Shown here piece by piece: positions 14,667 through 24,591 of a stretch of 64,000 bases of DNA. The stretch lies in NCBI GenBank assembly GCA_965116025.1, contig OZ220480.1, positions 1,920,001 to 1,984,000 on the forward strand. The letters run 5' to 3'. The position numbers and the translations under genes are program-made. A model generated the notes under the pieces. That model had not been told where the DNA came from. It did not search any database and saw nothing but the letters and a program-made list of their open reading frames with translations. Positions within the stretch are counted from its first letter, which is position 1, and the number at the start of each line of letters is the position of its first letter. The DNA comes from an uncultured candidatus Porisulfidus sp. (GTDB taxonomy: Bacteria > Pseudomonadota > Gammaproteobacteria > Poriferisulfidales > Poriferisulfidaceae).

Positions 14667-15935
14667 TCAGGACGCGGGCCAAGACGAGACCCGAAATCTC
14701 TCGACCCGCGAGAGATGCGGCGATGGCAACCATAAACGCATCTCGCACTCTCCCTGTTCCGTGAACGTCTCTTCCTCCACCCGCCCAACCCGATACAGCT
14801 CCGCCCGCAACGGGTAGGCCGAGGCTGGAAGGCGGAGACGTATCTCGGATTCCTCCGCCTGAATCTCCCGTAGCAAACGCGCGCGCAAAGATTCCACGCC
14901 CTCGCCCGTGCGCGCCGACACCCACGCGCGTCCAGACGCGCTCGCGGCCCGAACGTCCGGGGCAAGCAAATCGACTTTATTGTGAACCTCGATCAACGGA
15001 ACCTGGTCCGCGCCGATTCGCGCCAGAACCTCTCGCACCCGTGCCGCGCGCTCCATGCATCTCTCATCGCCACGATCAATCACATGCAATAGAAAATCGC
15101 ACTCGAGCAACTCTTCAAGCGTCGAGTGGAACGCGCGCACCAACTCCACTGGAAGATCTCGAACGAACCCCACCGTGTCGGTCAGCACCGCTTCTCTTCC
15201 CTGGCCCAATCGCAGGCGCCGGTGCGTCGGATCCAGCGTCGCGAACAACTGATCCTCGGCCATCACCTCGGCATCGGTCAAGCGATTGAACAGCGTGGAC
15301 TTGCCAGCATTGGTGTAACCAACTAAGGCCACGTGAAACAGTCTCGCGCGGCGTCGGCGAGCCCGACTCTGCCCACGTTGCCGCTCCACCAGCGCCAAAC
15401 GTCGCCGCAAGGCATCGATTCGCCTCGTCAGCAGCCGGCGATCCAATTCCAACTGGGTCTCGCCCGGCCCGCGCAGGCCAATGCCGCCTTTCTGTCGTTC
15501 CAAGTGGCTCCAGCCCCGCACCAGCCGGGTCGACAGATAATTCAACTGCGCGAGTTCGACCTGCAACTTTCCCTCGTGCGATCGGGCGCGTTGCGCGAAG
15601 ATGTCCAGGATCAGTCCGGTGCGACCCAGCACCCTGCACTCCAGTGCCGCCTCAAGGTTGCGCTCCTGGCTTGGACTCAGGTCAACGTTGACGACCACCA
15701 ACCGGACATGGTGGTTCGCGCGGATCTGCCGAAGCCGCTCGGCCTGCCCTCGGCCAATATAGAAACGGGGATGCGGGGCGCGACGATGGAGGTCGATATC
15801 CGCTCTCGGGGCCAGCCCGGCGCTGACCGCCAGCTCGGCGAACTCCTCTCGATCCGGGTCTTCCTTCCGAGCGCCCGCGCCAACCGTCACGCGCGCCAGC
15901 ACGCACCCGGATTCGGCGGATGCCCGCTCAAACAA
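14667..15935 (-). CDS. hflX: Ribosome rescue GTPase HflX
   Basis: GPGETQLELDRR, GYTNAGKSTLFN, LFATLDPT, DTVGF, NKVD. Confidence 0.98.
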   Translation of the reverse strand: MFERASAESGCVLARVTVGAGARKEDPDREEFAELAVSAGLAPRADIDLHRRAPHPRFYIGRGQAERLRQIRANHHVRLVVVNVDLSPSQERNLEAALECRVLGRTGLILDIFAQRARSHEGKLQVELAQLNYLSTRLVRGWSHLERQKGGIGLRGPGETQLELDRRLLTRRIDALRRRLALVERQRGQSRARRRRARLFHVALVGYTNAGKSTLFNRLTDAEVMAEDQLFATLDPTHRRLRLGQGREAVLTDTVGFVRDLPVELVRAFHSTLEELLECDFLLHVIDRGDERCMERAARVREVLARIGADQVPLIEVHNKVDLLAPDVRAASASGRAWVSARTGEGVESLRARLLREIQAEESEIRLRLPASAYPLRAELYRVGRVEEETFTEQGECEMRLWLPSPHLSRVERFRVSSWPAS

Positions 15936-15955
15936 GCGGACCCCCCCAGACGCGC

Positions 15956-16207
15956 CTAATCGGCCAGCTCCTCGCCCGCTGGCGGCTCCACCCGCTCCAG
16001 CTTCACCGGACGCGTCGGAACGATCGTGGAAATCGCGTGCTTGTAGACCATCTGATTAACGGAGTTCTGGAGCACCACGACGAACTGATCAAACGAGTGC
16101 ACCCGGCCCTGCAACTGGATCCCGTTGACCAAGTATATGGAGACGGGGATATGGTCTTTTCGCAACTGGTTGAGGAATGGTTCCTGTATGGTTTGTCCTT
16201 TGGCCAT
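15956..16207 (-). CDS. hfq: RNA chaperone Hfq
   Basis: [13 protein letters not shown]...[11 protein letters not shown]...[13 protein letters not shown]. Confidence 0.99.
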   Translation of the reverse strand: MAKGQTIQEPFLNQLRKDHIPVSIYLVNGIQLQGRVHSFDQFVVVLQNSVNQMVYKHAISTIVPTRPVKLERVEPPAGEELAD

Positions 16208-16238
16208 CAACCCACCCGCGACGGAAGTCTGATTTTTC

Positions 16239-17204
16239 TTATTGGCATGATCCGGCTCCGAGCCGATTCGAGGACCACCAGCGAGCGACCGCCTCCATGG
16301 CTTCATCCGACCTCGCGCAGTCAGTTGTGCAGTGTATCACGCCCGGCGCATGCCGCAACCAACTCAATTGCCGCTTCGCCAGTTGCCGGGTCGCCGCCAC
16401 CGCCCGCTCGCGCATCCCCTCCCGGTCGCAATCCCCATCCAAATACCGCCACACTTGCCGATAGCCGACGCAGCGCATGGCCGGGCGATCCAAGTCCAAA
16501 TCCCTCCGCGCGCGCAGCCGGCGCACCTCCTCGACCAGCCCCTCCTCAAGCATGCGATCAAAACGCTCCCCGATCCGCCCATGCAAACGCGCGCGGTCCT
16601 TTGGCCAAAGCGCCAATTGACAATAATCTTCACGCCCGGGCATCGCCGGCGCCCGCGCGGTCCATGCGCTAAGAGGCCGACCACTCGACTCGAACACCTC
16701 CAGCGCGCGGGTAACGCGCTGGCCATCTCCTGGCTGGAGCCGTCGCGCCGTCTCTGGATCGCACTGGGACAGGCGCTCATGCAACGCTGGAGCGCCCCGT
16801 TCCTCCAATTCCTGGCGCAGGCGCCAGCGCACTCCCGCGTCCGCGTCCGGGATGCGCGAAAGTCCTCGCGTCAGGGCGAGAAAGTACAGACGCGCGCCTC
16901 CAACCAGCAGCGGGACGCGCCCGACCGCGTGAATCTCCTCTATGTGTCGACGCGCTTGCCGAGCGTATTCGTAGGCGGAAAACGATTCCGCGGGATCCAG
17001 AATGTCGATCATGCGATGCGGCGCGACGGCCAGAACCTCCGGACTCGGCTTGGCGCTGCCGATATTCATGCCGCGATAGATCATGGCGGAATCCACGCTG
17101 ACGATCTCGAACGGCCAGCGGCGGACCAGTTCCACCGCGCAGTCGGTCTTGCCCGAGGCGGTCGGCCCCATCAAGGCCAGCACCGCGATTCGGCGTTCGC
17201 TCAC
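16239..17204 (-). CDS. miaA: tRNA dimethylallyltransferase
   Basis: [35 protein letters not shown]; GTG start overlaps the mutL stop. Confidence 0.97.
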   Translation of the reverse strand: MSERRIAVLALMGPTASGKTDCAVELVRRWPFEIVSVDSAMIYRGMNIGSAKPSPEVLAVAPHRMIDILDPAESFSAYEYARQARRHIEEIHAVGRVPLLVGGARLYFLALTRGLSRIPDADAGVRWRLRQELEERGAPALHERLSQCDPETARRLQPGDGQRVTRALEVFESSGRPLSAWTARAPAMPGREDYCQLALWPKDRARLHGRIGERFDRMLEEGLVEEVRRLRARRDLDLDRPAMRCVGYRQVWRYLDGDCDREGMRERAVAATRQLAKRQLSWLRHAPGVIHCTTDCARSDEAMEAVARWWSSNRLGAGSCQ

Positions 17205-18949
17205 TGCCCTCGCATGAATAGCTTGTCGAGCTGGTCGACGCTCAGTTGCACCCAAGTCGGACGGCCATGGTTGCACTGGCTGGACCGCTCGGTCTCCTCC
17301 ATGTCGCGCAACAGCACGTCCATCTCGTCCAGCGAAAGCTTCCGGCCCGCGCGCACGGCGCCATGGCACGCCATCGAGGAAAGCAACTCATTCTCTCTCT
17401 CTCGCACGCGCCCGCTACGCCCGTGTTCCACGAGATCCGCCACCACGTCTCGCATCAGAGTTGATGGATCGGCCTTTGACAACAGGGCGGGCACGGCGCG
17501 GACCCGCACCTGGGTCGGGCCACTCACGTCCACCTCAATACCTAGATCCCGCAACAGGTCTCCGTATTCCTCCACGCAGGCGACCTCGGACTCGCTCAAA
17601 CTGACGCCTTGCGGAACAAGCAGGGGCTGCATCCGCACCCCTTGCCCGTCGCGCGCCAACTTCAAGCGTTCGTAGGTGATGCGCTCGTGCGCGGCATGCA
17701 TATCGACCAGCACCATCCCCTCGGCGTTCTCCGCCAGAATGTAAATCCCGTGCAATTGCGCCCGAGCGAATCCCAAGGGTGGAACGCCTCCAGAAGCGTT
17801 GGACGACGATACCGCGCCAGCCTTCAGCGAAACGCCATCGGAGCGCTTCCCGACCGGTAGCGAAATGGGCGACTGCCGCGCCTGCGGATTCTCGTTCACC
17901 AAAGTCCGGAACCGCTCCACGTCGTGCCCGACATCACCGGGCCGCACCGCGCCGATCGCCTCGGCCACGCCGCGAGCGAGGATCTGGTGCACCTGGCGGG
18001 ACTCCCGGAAACGGACCTCCATCTTGGTCGGATGAACGTTGGCGTCAACCTCACCGGGCGGGGCTTCCAGATAGATCACGTAGCAAGGATGGCGCTGGCC
18101 GTAGAGCACGTCGGCGTACGCCTGCCGAATCGCGTGCGTCGCGACCTTGTCGCGCACGTAGCGCCCGTTGACGTATAGATATTGCTGGTCCGGCTGGCTA
18201 CGAGAGCAAGTCGGCAGCCCGACCCAGCCGTACGCCCGCATCTCCCCGAGAGCCTCCTCGAAGAACGTGGACTGCTCGGCGAACTCGCTCCCGAGCACGG
18301 CTTCCAGTCGGTCTCGTTCCGTCACCCCGTCGCCGATGCCCGGATAGCGCAACAGGCGGCGCCTGTCGTGACTGGCCTCGAAGTCCACTGTGAGGCGACC
18401 AAGCGCCAGACGACGCAAAACCGTGGCGATGTGCTTCCATTCAGTCGACGGCGCACGCAAAAACTTGCGTCGCGCCGGAGTGTTGTAGAACAAATCGCGG
18501 ACCTCGACCGTGGCGCCGCCGGGATGCGAGCTCGCGCGCGGCTCTTCCTCTGGCGCGGCGCCCTCGACACGCCAGCCATGCTCCGAGCCGCGCGCGAGGG
18601 AAGTCAAGGTCAGGCGCGAGACGGACGCGATGCTCGGAAGCGCCTCGCCACGAAACCCCAAACTCCGCAGGCTCCAAAGATCCTCCACCTCGCTCAGCTT
18701 GGAGGTCGCGTGGCGCGCGAGCGCCAGCGCCATCTCCCCGCGAACGATGCCGTGACCGTCGTCCACCACCGCCAACCGTCGCTGGCCCCCTTCCTCCACC
18801 TCCACCCGGACATGCCGAGCGTCGGCATCCAAACTGTTCTCCACCAGTTCCTTGACCACGGAAGCGGGCCGCTCAATGACTTCCCCCGCCGTGATCTGAT
18901 TGATCAGGTCCGAACTAAGTTTCTTGATGCCCATCCCGCTGGACGCCAC
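17201..18949 (-). CDS. mutL: DNA mismatch repair endonuclease MutL
   Basis: GEVIERPASVVKELVENSLDA, GFRGEALPSI, DMHAAHER, CNHGRPT. Confidence 0.99.
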   Translation of the reverse strand: MASSGMGIKKLSSDLINQITAGEVIERPASVVKELVENSLDADARHVRVEVEEGGQRRLAVVDDGHGIVRGEMALALARHATSKLSEVEDLWSLRSLGFRGEALPSIASVSRLTLTSLARGSEHGWRVEGAAPEEEPRASSHPGGATVEVRDLFYNTPARRKFLRAPSTEWKHIATVLRRLALGRLTVDFEASHDRRRLLRYPGIGDGVTERDRLEAVLGSEFAEQSTFFEEALGEMRAYGWVGLPTCSRSQPDQQYLYVNGRYVRDKVATHAIRQAYADVLYGQRHPCYVIYLEAPPGEVDANVHPTKMEVRFRESRQVHQILARGVAEAIGAVRPGDVGHDVERFRTLVNENPQARQSPISLPVGKRSDGVSLKAGAVSSSNASGGVPPLGFARAQLHGIYILAENAEGMVLVDMHAAHERITYERLKLARDGQGVRMQPLLVPQGVSLSESEVACVEEYGDLLRDLGIEVDVSGPTQVRVRAVPALLSKADPSTLMRDVVADLVEHGRSGRVRERENELLSSMACHGAVRAGRKLSLDEMDVLLRDMEETERSSQCNHGRPTWVQLSVDQLDKLFMRGQ

Positions 18950-19030
18950 GCCTCACCGTACTGATTTTCGCATCATACCAGCAAAATAGGCCGTCAAGGC
19001 TGACGCGCCCTCATTGCCGAACGCAAAAAA

Positions 19031-20770
19031 TCACGACCGGAACAGCCGATATTCGACCAACGCGGACTGGCCGATTATCTCGATGATCGTGACCGAGAGA
19101 TCTGTCCCATAAGAGTCAATCAGCCGCAACGGCTTGCCTAACCGAAACGGCACGGGCTGCCGCCGACCCTCGTCTATGGTGATATTGTCCACGTACAAAT
19201 ACGTGCGATCAAGCGAATCGCGTATTGGATTCAGCCTTCCTCGCAAGCCGGGTAGATTCCCGGAACCTTGAGCGAAAATAGTCGCGCCACCCGATTCGAG
19301 CGGCTCGAGATTAAGCGGCAATCTACCCCGGTCCGGGGTCCACTCCCGCTCAATCCCCGCGGCATACCCTAGCCCGGCGGCGTAGATCGTCATCGGCAAA
19401 TGCGTAGCGTATAGGTTCAGAGTCGCTTCACCAGACTCGTCAGTAACCGCCCGCACCCACGTCTTGTTGGGAAAGAGCGCGAGAACATCAATGCCTGCCA
19501 AAGGCTCGCCTCCAGAACGCGCCACGACTGTCGCGTCCGTCGAAACGAACTCCAATTGGGCGGAGGGAATGCGCAACATCAGATTCGATTCGTCGATCAC
19601 CTCATATACCGGTAGCGCACCGGTGGCTTCCCATGTTCGCTTGCGAATAATCTGCACGCCAGCACCTCGGCAATCCATCAGATATTTTCGATGCTCCGAC
19701 CTTGGCGCGTTGCCCACGGGAATGCGGCCGAACACGGAAGCGAGCGCTTCATTACGGGTTGCTTGGCTGAATTCCATGCCTTCAATAGTGATACCGTTCG
19801 GCAACCGCCCCGGCGAATCGATCTCCAGACGATCCTCGAACATGGACAGCCTAATTCGCCGCGATGATATGGAATAGTCGCGATGCACGACTGCGTTGAC
19901 GATAGCCTCGAAGACAGCGGTTTCGCTGTACTGCGGGATGTTTTCCCGCGCTGGCATCTTGCGCGCCGCGACTCGCATGTTGCGGACGACGAACCGCATG
20001 GCGTCCGCGATCTGGAGTGGCAACGGACCCACGATTTCCCGCGCGTCCAATTGCCCCGAAGCCCGATCCAGTCCGCGATAGCAGGTCGCCATGATGGTCG
20101 CTTGTGGCAACCAGTCCTGAGGCGAGGAAGAGCAAAGCAACACCCCGGCGACGGTCGCGCGTTCCACGCCAGCCTCATCCTGCGCCAGAAGGCGGAGATT
20201 CATCAGACCGTGCCGTGGATTGGTGGACTCATCCACACTGAGTAGCGACTCCCACAGTCGCTCACTGAGCGTCCCAAATCCAGTGTCGGGCACGATCTGC
20301 TTATCGAATCGCAGATAGCGGCTCTGCGCACGGTCTCGCGTTAACCTCAGGCACTCCTCCCTATGCAGGCGGCACTTGGTCGCGCCCACGCGGATGAACG
20401 CTCGCCCACTCCGCTCGTGAAGGGTCCCGCCGCGTGGCGCTTCAACAAGCAAAAACGCCTTGCCATCAAGCTCACGGTGGTAGGTATCAATGCGTAACGG
20501 TGGCTCTATGGCATCGGTACTCGCTTCCATCAAAAGGCGGTCAAGAGCTACCATCTGCTCCCGCGACATTCCCTGAATCGTTCCGTCATCAGCCACCCCA
20601 CATAGCATCACGCCACCGCTCGCGTTGGTGAAAGCACCCAGCTCATCCGCCAAATCGTCTAGATGTGGACTGGTCGGACTGTCGCCACTGAACTTGATTT
20701 GCTTGAATTCCCAGCGGCTGTCCTCACCCAAGCGAAGTTGTCGACGGATGTCGTCGTCTTGGATCATCAC
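19031..20770 (-). CDS. Schlafen/AlbA_2 domain protein with HATPase_c_4 (RecG-C-like) region and an unassigned beta-rich C-terminal domain
   Basis: GEDSRWEFK, AFTNASGGVMLCGVADDG; EAIVNAVVHRDY...DRLEIDSPG; start may be 20767-20803. Confidence 0.85.
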   Translation of the reverse strand: MMIQDDDIRRQLRLGEDSRWEFKQIKFSGDSPTSPHLDDLADELGAFTNASGGVMLCGVADDGTIQGMSREQMVALDRLLMEASTDAIEPPLRIDTYHRELDGKAFLLVEAPRGGTLHERSGRAFIRVGATKCRLHREECLRLTRDRAQSRYLRFDKQIVPDTGFGTLSERLWESLLSVDESTNPRHGLMNLRLLAQDEAGVERATVAGVLLCSSSPQDWLPQATIMATCYRGLDRASGQLDAREIVGPLPLQIADAMRFVVRNMRVAARKMPARENIPQYSETAVFEAIVNAVVHRDYSISSRRIRLSMFEDRLEIDSPGRLPNGITIEGMEFSQATRNEALASVFGRIPVGNAPRSEHRKYLMDCRGAGVQIIRKRTWEATGALPVYEVIDESNLMLRIPSAQLEFVSTDATVVARSGGEPLAGIDVLALFPNKTWVRAVTDESGEATLNLYATHLPMTIYAAGLGYAAGIEREWTPDRGRLPLNLEPLESGGATIFAQGSGNLPGLRGRLNPIRDSLDRTYLYVDNITIDEGRRQPVPFRLGKPLRLIDSYGTDLSVTIIEIIGQSALVEYRLFRS

Positions 20771-20875
20771 GCCACTACCCGGTGTGAAAGATTCATGTTG
20801 CAAGCGCGAGCCTCGCCGAACGAGAGATCGGGAAGGAGCGTCGTTCGGGAAAGGAAGCGAGATTTTTGCTGGTGC

Positions 20876-21292
20876 TCATCGCCATGCTCTACAGCTCATA
20901 GTCCCGTATAGGATAATGACACTGTCAATGAAATTCGTTGCGACACCCAAACACGCCTTCAGCCTCTCTTCGTCGTAATCGCGCGGTACGTTGGTCCGAG
21001 CGTCAGCGTATCGCAACCAATGCTCCAGCGGCACTGATAGCTACTGATTCTCATGCGCGATACGAAACACGGGCTTTGAGCTGTTGGGCAGGTCAGCAGA
21101 GCCGAGGCACTCGGCCAGATGGAGCTTCAACGCCTTCCACAAGCAGTCATAGCAGATTTTGAAGCACCGGATGATGGATTCAGCGATTCCCTCGCGATCC
21201 AAGTCGGAGAGCACCGAACTTTCGCGCCGATGGTTAGCGTACTGCTTCTCCAAGCACTTCAGGGCCAACTCAAATTTCCCACAGTCGATCAT
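20876..21292 (-). pseudogene. HEPN nucleotidyltransferase substrate-binding protein (HI0074-like), with an internal stop
   Basis: ESIIRCFKICYDCLWKALK...SSKPVFRIAHENQ*LSVPLEHWLRYADARTNVPRDY; in-frame TAG at 21041-21043; RxxxxH degenerate to RTNVPR. Confidence 0.75.
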
Positions 21293-21636
21293 AAGAATCG
21301 ACTTCTAAGCGCAACAATATATTCAGCACAAAACCGACATCTTGATGACCCCACCTGTATCCGACTCCTTTCCAAGCCGCACTTCGGGGGGTGTCACGCA
21401 TCCCTTGCCAGAATCGCGCCTCTGCATCACCGCCAAGAAATCGGACTGGTTCAGCGAGAATCATGCTCTGGTCATCCATTCCAGAAACTCAAGATATCGA
21501 GATTCTCGATCACCGAATCCAGCGGGACCGCTCGCTCTACTACCTACGAAACTGCGTGATCGGGCTCTTCGCCTTGTCCTCTATGAGAAACCGCATTACG
21601 ACTCGGACAGCAGTCGGCCAGCGTAGGAACAGCCAT

Positions 21637-22245
21637 TCACGAATTCGTCCGTCTCATAGGCCTGCGTAGATCATACTCGCAGTTGGCACGGTTGCGAAAG
21701 GCGGCCTCAATCAGAAACTTGAGCGCTCCTCCCTGGTTTATTCTTTCCCATGGAGCAACCGAAATTTTGACATCCTGTTCCATAAAATTATCGATGATTC
21801 GGTCAGGCATATACGGATATCGACGCTCGTATTCCGCTCGCTCCTCGACGTGCATCCACTCATCAACATCCGGGTACAGCAGCTCCTTCTCTTCATTCCC
21901 ATGGGGCGCGTGGAAGCGGCCAGGAGATATTCCCGGAAGATTGATAACGACTATCCCCGACTTCTTATTCACCGAACCGTCGTACATGCTCGAGTGAATT
22001 TCCCAATCGACATGCTTTCGGCGTTTAGTCTCTCTGCCGACTAACACTATGGTCACGGTCGAGTCCTTGAGATATTCGTCACGAATAGCGCGGCGTATTC
22101 GCTCGTCGCTCCAATCACTCGGGATGTCGCCAGTGTCGACGGACCGATCTACAAAAACTGAATGCTCTTTTCCAAATTCGACCAGATCTTCCTTGTATTT
22201 CTGATCGTCGCGGTGATGGTAACTAATGAATACCTTATGCATCAT
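21637..22245 (-). CDS. ThsB-like TIR domain protein (MTH538/DUF1863)
   Basis: MHKVFISYHH...IRDEYLKDSTVTIVLVGRETKRRKHVDWEI (catalytic Glu present). Confidence 0.9.
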   Translation of the reverse strand: MMHKVFISYHHRDDQKYKEDLVEFGKEHSVFVDRSVDTGDIPSDWSDERIRRAIRDEYLKDSTVTIVLVGRETKRRKHVDWEIHSSMYDGSVNKKSGIVVINLPGISPGRFHAPHGNEEKELLYPDVDEWMHVEERAEYERRYPYMPDRIIDNFMEQDVKISVAPWERINQGGALKFLIEAAFRNRANCEYDLRRPMRRTNS

Positions 22246-23062
22246 GCCCTCCATTAGCAAGAGCGTTGCGTAGCCCCCGTGAAATGAGAGCCACGGCTTC
22301 CTGAATATGAGGAGTGCGGGCCAAAATAGCGTTCTCGTCGCGAGACAATCCGTTGTGCAGGTCGTCTGGCGAATATTTTTGGAAACGATCCCGACCAACC
22401 CATCCATTACGCGAACCGGCCCAGCGCTCGGCGATGCCAACTGTCTCCGCGATATCACGCGCGCACCCTCCGAATCCCCCTATGAGGAACACAGGCTGAC
22501 CTGCTTCAAGAGACAAATATGCCTCCTCGGCGATGCCGGGCATCACCCCTTTGTAGCCCTCGATTCTGCCGCCGAGCATGATTCGCGCCTGAATGTCCTC
22601 GCGCATGGTGGTTCGCATCGATGTAAGTCCTACCGTCCACTCATCTTCATCCGGCTCATGTGGTCGTAACGTCAGCCGTTGCTTTTGCGCGAGACGCGTA
22701 CCATCCAGCGCAAGGAAGACGATATGACTGCAGGGCTCATGTTCAGCAGAGGACGCGACAATCTCGTCCGGCGTCATGCGGATATGCACCGGCCAAGCCA
22801 AATAGTCAGTTACGGAGACTTCCCCACGATGTCGAGGATGATTCTGATAACGCCCCACCAACTCGGCTATAAGCTCCGTGAATCCATGTTGCTGCAGGTC
22901 TCCACCGTAGGCTAGGCTTCTTCCCGACGCGAGTATCTGGAGAGCGATCTCGGCCATCGCGTCATGCAGATGCCGGTCGCTCAACCCCAAGGACCACAAA
23001 TCCGGACTCTCTGAAACCGAGACCCCGACGGTATTCAATCTCTCGATATTTGGTGTGGTCAT
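22235..23062 (-). CDS. SLOG-superfamily protein (cluster-2-like)
   Basis: VGVSVSES...LAYGGDL...ARIMLGGRIEGYKGVMPGIAEEA...PVFLIGGFGGCA. Confidence 0.85.
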   Translation of the reverse strand: MTTPNIERLNTVGVSVSESPDLWSLGLSDRHLHDAMAEIALQILASGRSLAYGGDLQQHGFTELIAELVGRYQNHPRHRGEVSVTDYLAWPVHIRMTPDEIVASSAEHEPCSHIVFLALDGTRLAQKQRLTLRPHEPDEDEWTVGLTSMRTTMREDIQARIMLGGRIEGYKGVMPGIAEEAYLSLEAGQPVFLIGGFGGCARDIAETVGIAERWAGSRNGWVGRDRFQKYSPDDLHNGLSRDENAILARTPHIQEAVALISRGLRNALANGGHDA

Positions 23063-24225
23063 GAGCGTTTCTCCAGCCAATCCGCCAACGTCCTCACACG
23101 AACATCCGGCGCAATCTCTCTGAACAGCCGTTCTTCATCCGCGCTCAACAGTGGTTCAGGATAAACGATTGTCGGGGTCGACTCTCCATCGCAAGAAGGC
23201 AATGCCGCCAATGCGATCAACTCCGGGGGCCGGGCCGTAAACACAACCCCCGACGAATCCGCCAAATGGCATCCTACCTGACAGAGCCATAGCCATGTGC
23301 GGAAGACCTCGTCCAAGAGATAGCTCACAACGATGGAGATCTTGTCCATCTGGTCGGGGTCCATGCGTACGACCGGCACATTGCCGAGATAGGCCATTCC
23401 CCTTGGATCGATATCCCGCACACAATCGACCACGACCATCGGCACCAATCGTCGCTTCGCCTCAATAATCTCGCGCCGGCACCACTCGCGCGACGAGTAT
23501 GAAGCGGAATGCACCGCCACGACAGCCCCAGCATCAATCTGATGCAGAAGAACATCCCCGAATGGCAACCCCGGTGGAATGTCGTGGATGTCAAAGAAGC
23601 TATCGAGCGGGCTGTGTTCATAGATCCAGTCGCGAATGCGATTTCCCACCGATTCGCCATCTCCGTCATGTTTCGAGTGGCTAATAAAGACCTGTATCTT
23701 TTCCAAATATCTTTCATACGCCACACTTCCACCCTCGACGCTTTGATGCGCATCTATGCGATGTCGCAACATGCGACAAAATTCGTGGGTCAGTTCCAGC
23801 ATGAGACGCTGAGATCGCCCCATATCAGTTCCATCCCAGCAATTCCAACGCAGAGCTTGTTGCTCAAAATTTGCTTCGACACCCCGGTCATCCATCGTCA
23901 CGGGGAAGAAGCCAGCGGGAATGCCTTTATCGCGCGCATCCCGCGCGATCCCATGCACATATTCAACCCAAGCTGGATCATCAACAAGCGTCGCTTCCGT
24001 CAAAACAACGACAGCGGTGAGATCCGCATCGTTCCAATTGATCGATGAAGGAGTGCGCTCGTCCTGAATCGGCACGCTAAGTCCGAAGACGTTGATACCA
24101 TGCGGCGCGCCAATGGACATGCTGGAATCGCGTCCAAAGCGTTCGTGAAATTGCTTCGCGATTTCACGGCCTCCCGTGTACGAGGGATGCCATATCACGT
24201 ACAACGAGAAGAGTGGGCGCGCCAT
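23059..24225 (-). CDS. Long TIR-domain protein
   Basis: VFISHSKHDG...FFDIHDIPPG...SYSSREWCRREIIEAK; ATGA overlap with the SLOG gene. Confidence 0.88.
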   Translation of the reverse strand: MARPLFSLYVIWHPSYTGGREIAKQFHERFGRDSSMSIGAPHGINVFGLSVPIQDERTPSSINWNDADLTAVVVLTEATLVDDPAWVEYVHGIARDARDKGIPAGFFPVTMDDRGVEANFEQQALRWNCWDGTDMGRSQRLMLELTHEFCRMLRHRIDAHQSVEGGSVAYERYLEKIQVFISHSKHDGDGESVGNRIRDWIYEHSPLDSFFDIHDIPPGLPFGDVLLHQIDAGAVVAVHSASYSSREWCRREIIEAKRRLVPMVVVDCVRDIDPRGMAYLGNVPVVRMDPDQMDKISIVVSYLLDEVFRTWLWLCQVGCHLADSSGVVFTARPPELIALAALPSCDGESTPTIVYPEPLLSADEERLFREIAPDVRVRTLADWLEKRS

Positions 24226-24591
24226 TGATTCTTTGGTCCGCCGAATCAATGTCTCGACAGATCTCCCGGCAAGCGATGTTTCCCGGCATCAGAGTTAGGA
24301 AGCGAAAAACCATCACCTCCGCTATAGTCTTGGTCGGTCGAGCACAACCACACGAAGCAAATCTCCTTCCACCGTCGATCCATAATCACCACAACGCCTC
24401 ATATTCAGATGCCAAACCGTGCGCCCATTATAAAGTGTCCGCCTATCGACGGTCTCTTTCGACGATATTGAAGAGCAGGGAATTATGTAGGTAACTTGAC
24501 AAGACGGATTGTAATCCACCTACTACTTGACAAGAGATGTAATGAACATATGATATATCGTAACTTGAATATGAAAGTTATGGAGAGAGCG

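Noticed and set aside
18950-19030. Attachment site or tRNA at the island boundary
   Set aside because: No tRNA-like sequence and no direct repeat matching the right boundary were found by eye.
21293-21636. Possible hidden effector (e.g. caspase remnant) downstream of the short TIR
   Set aside because: The frames I translated gave only short ORFs with no recognisable motif.
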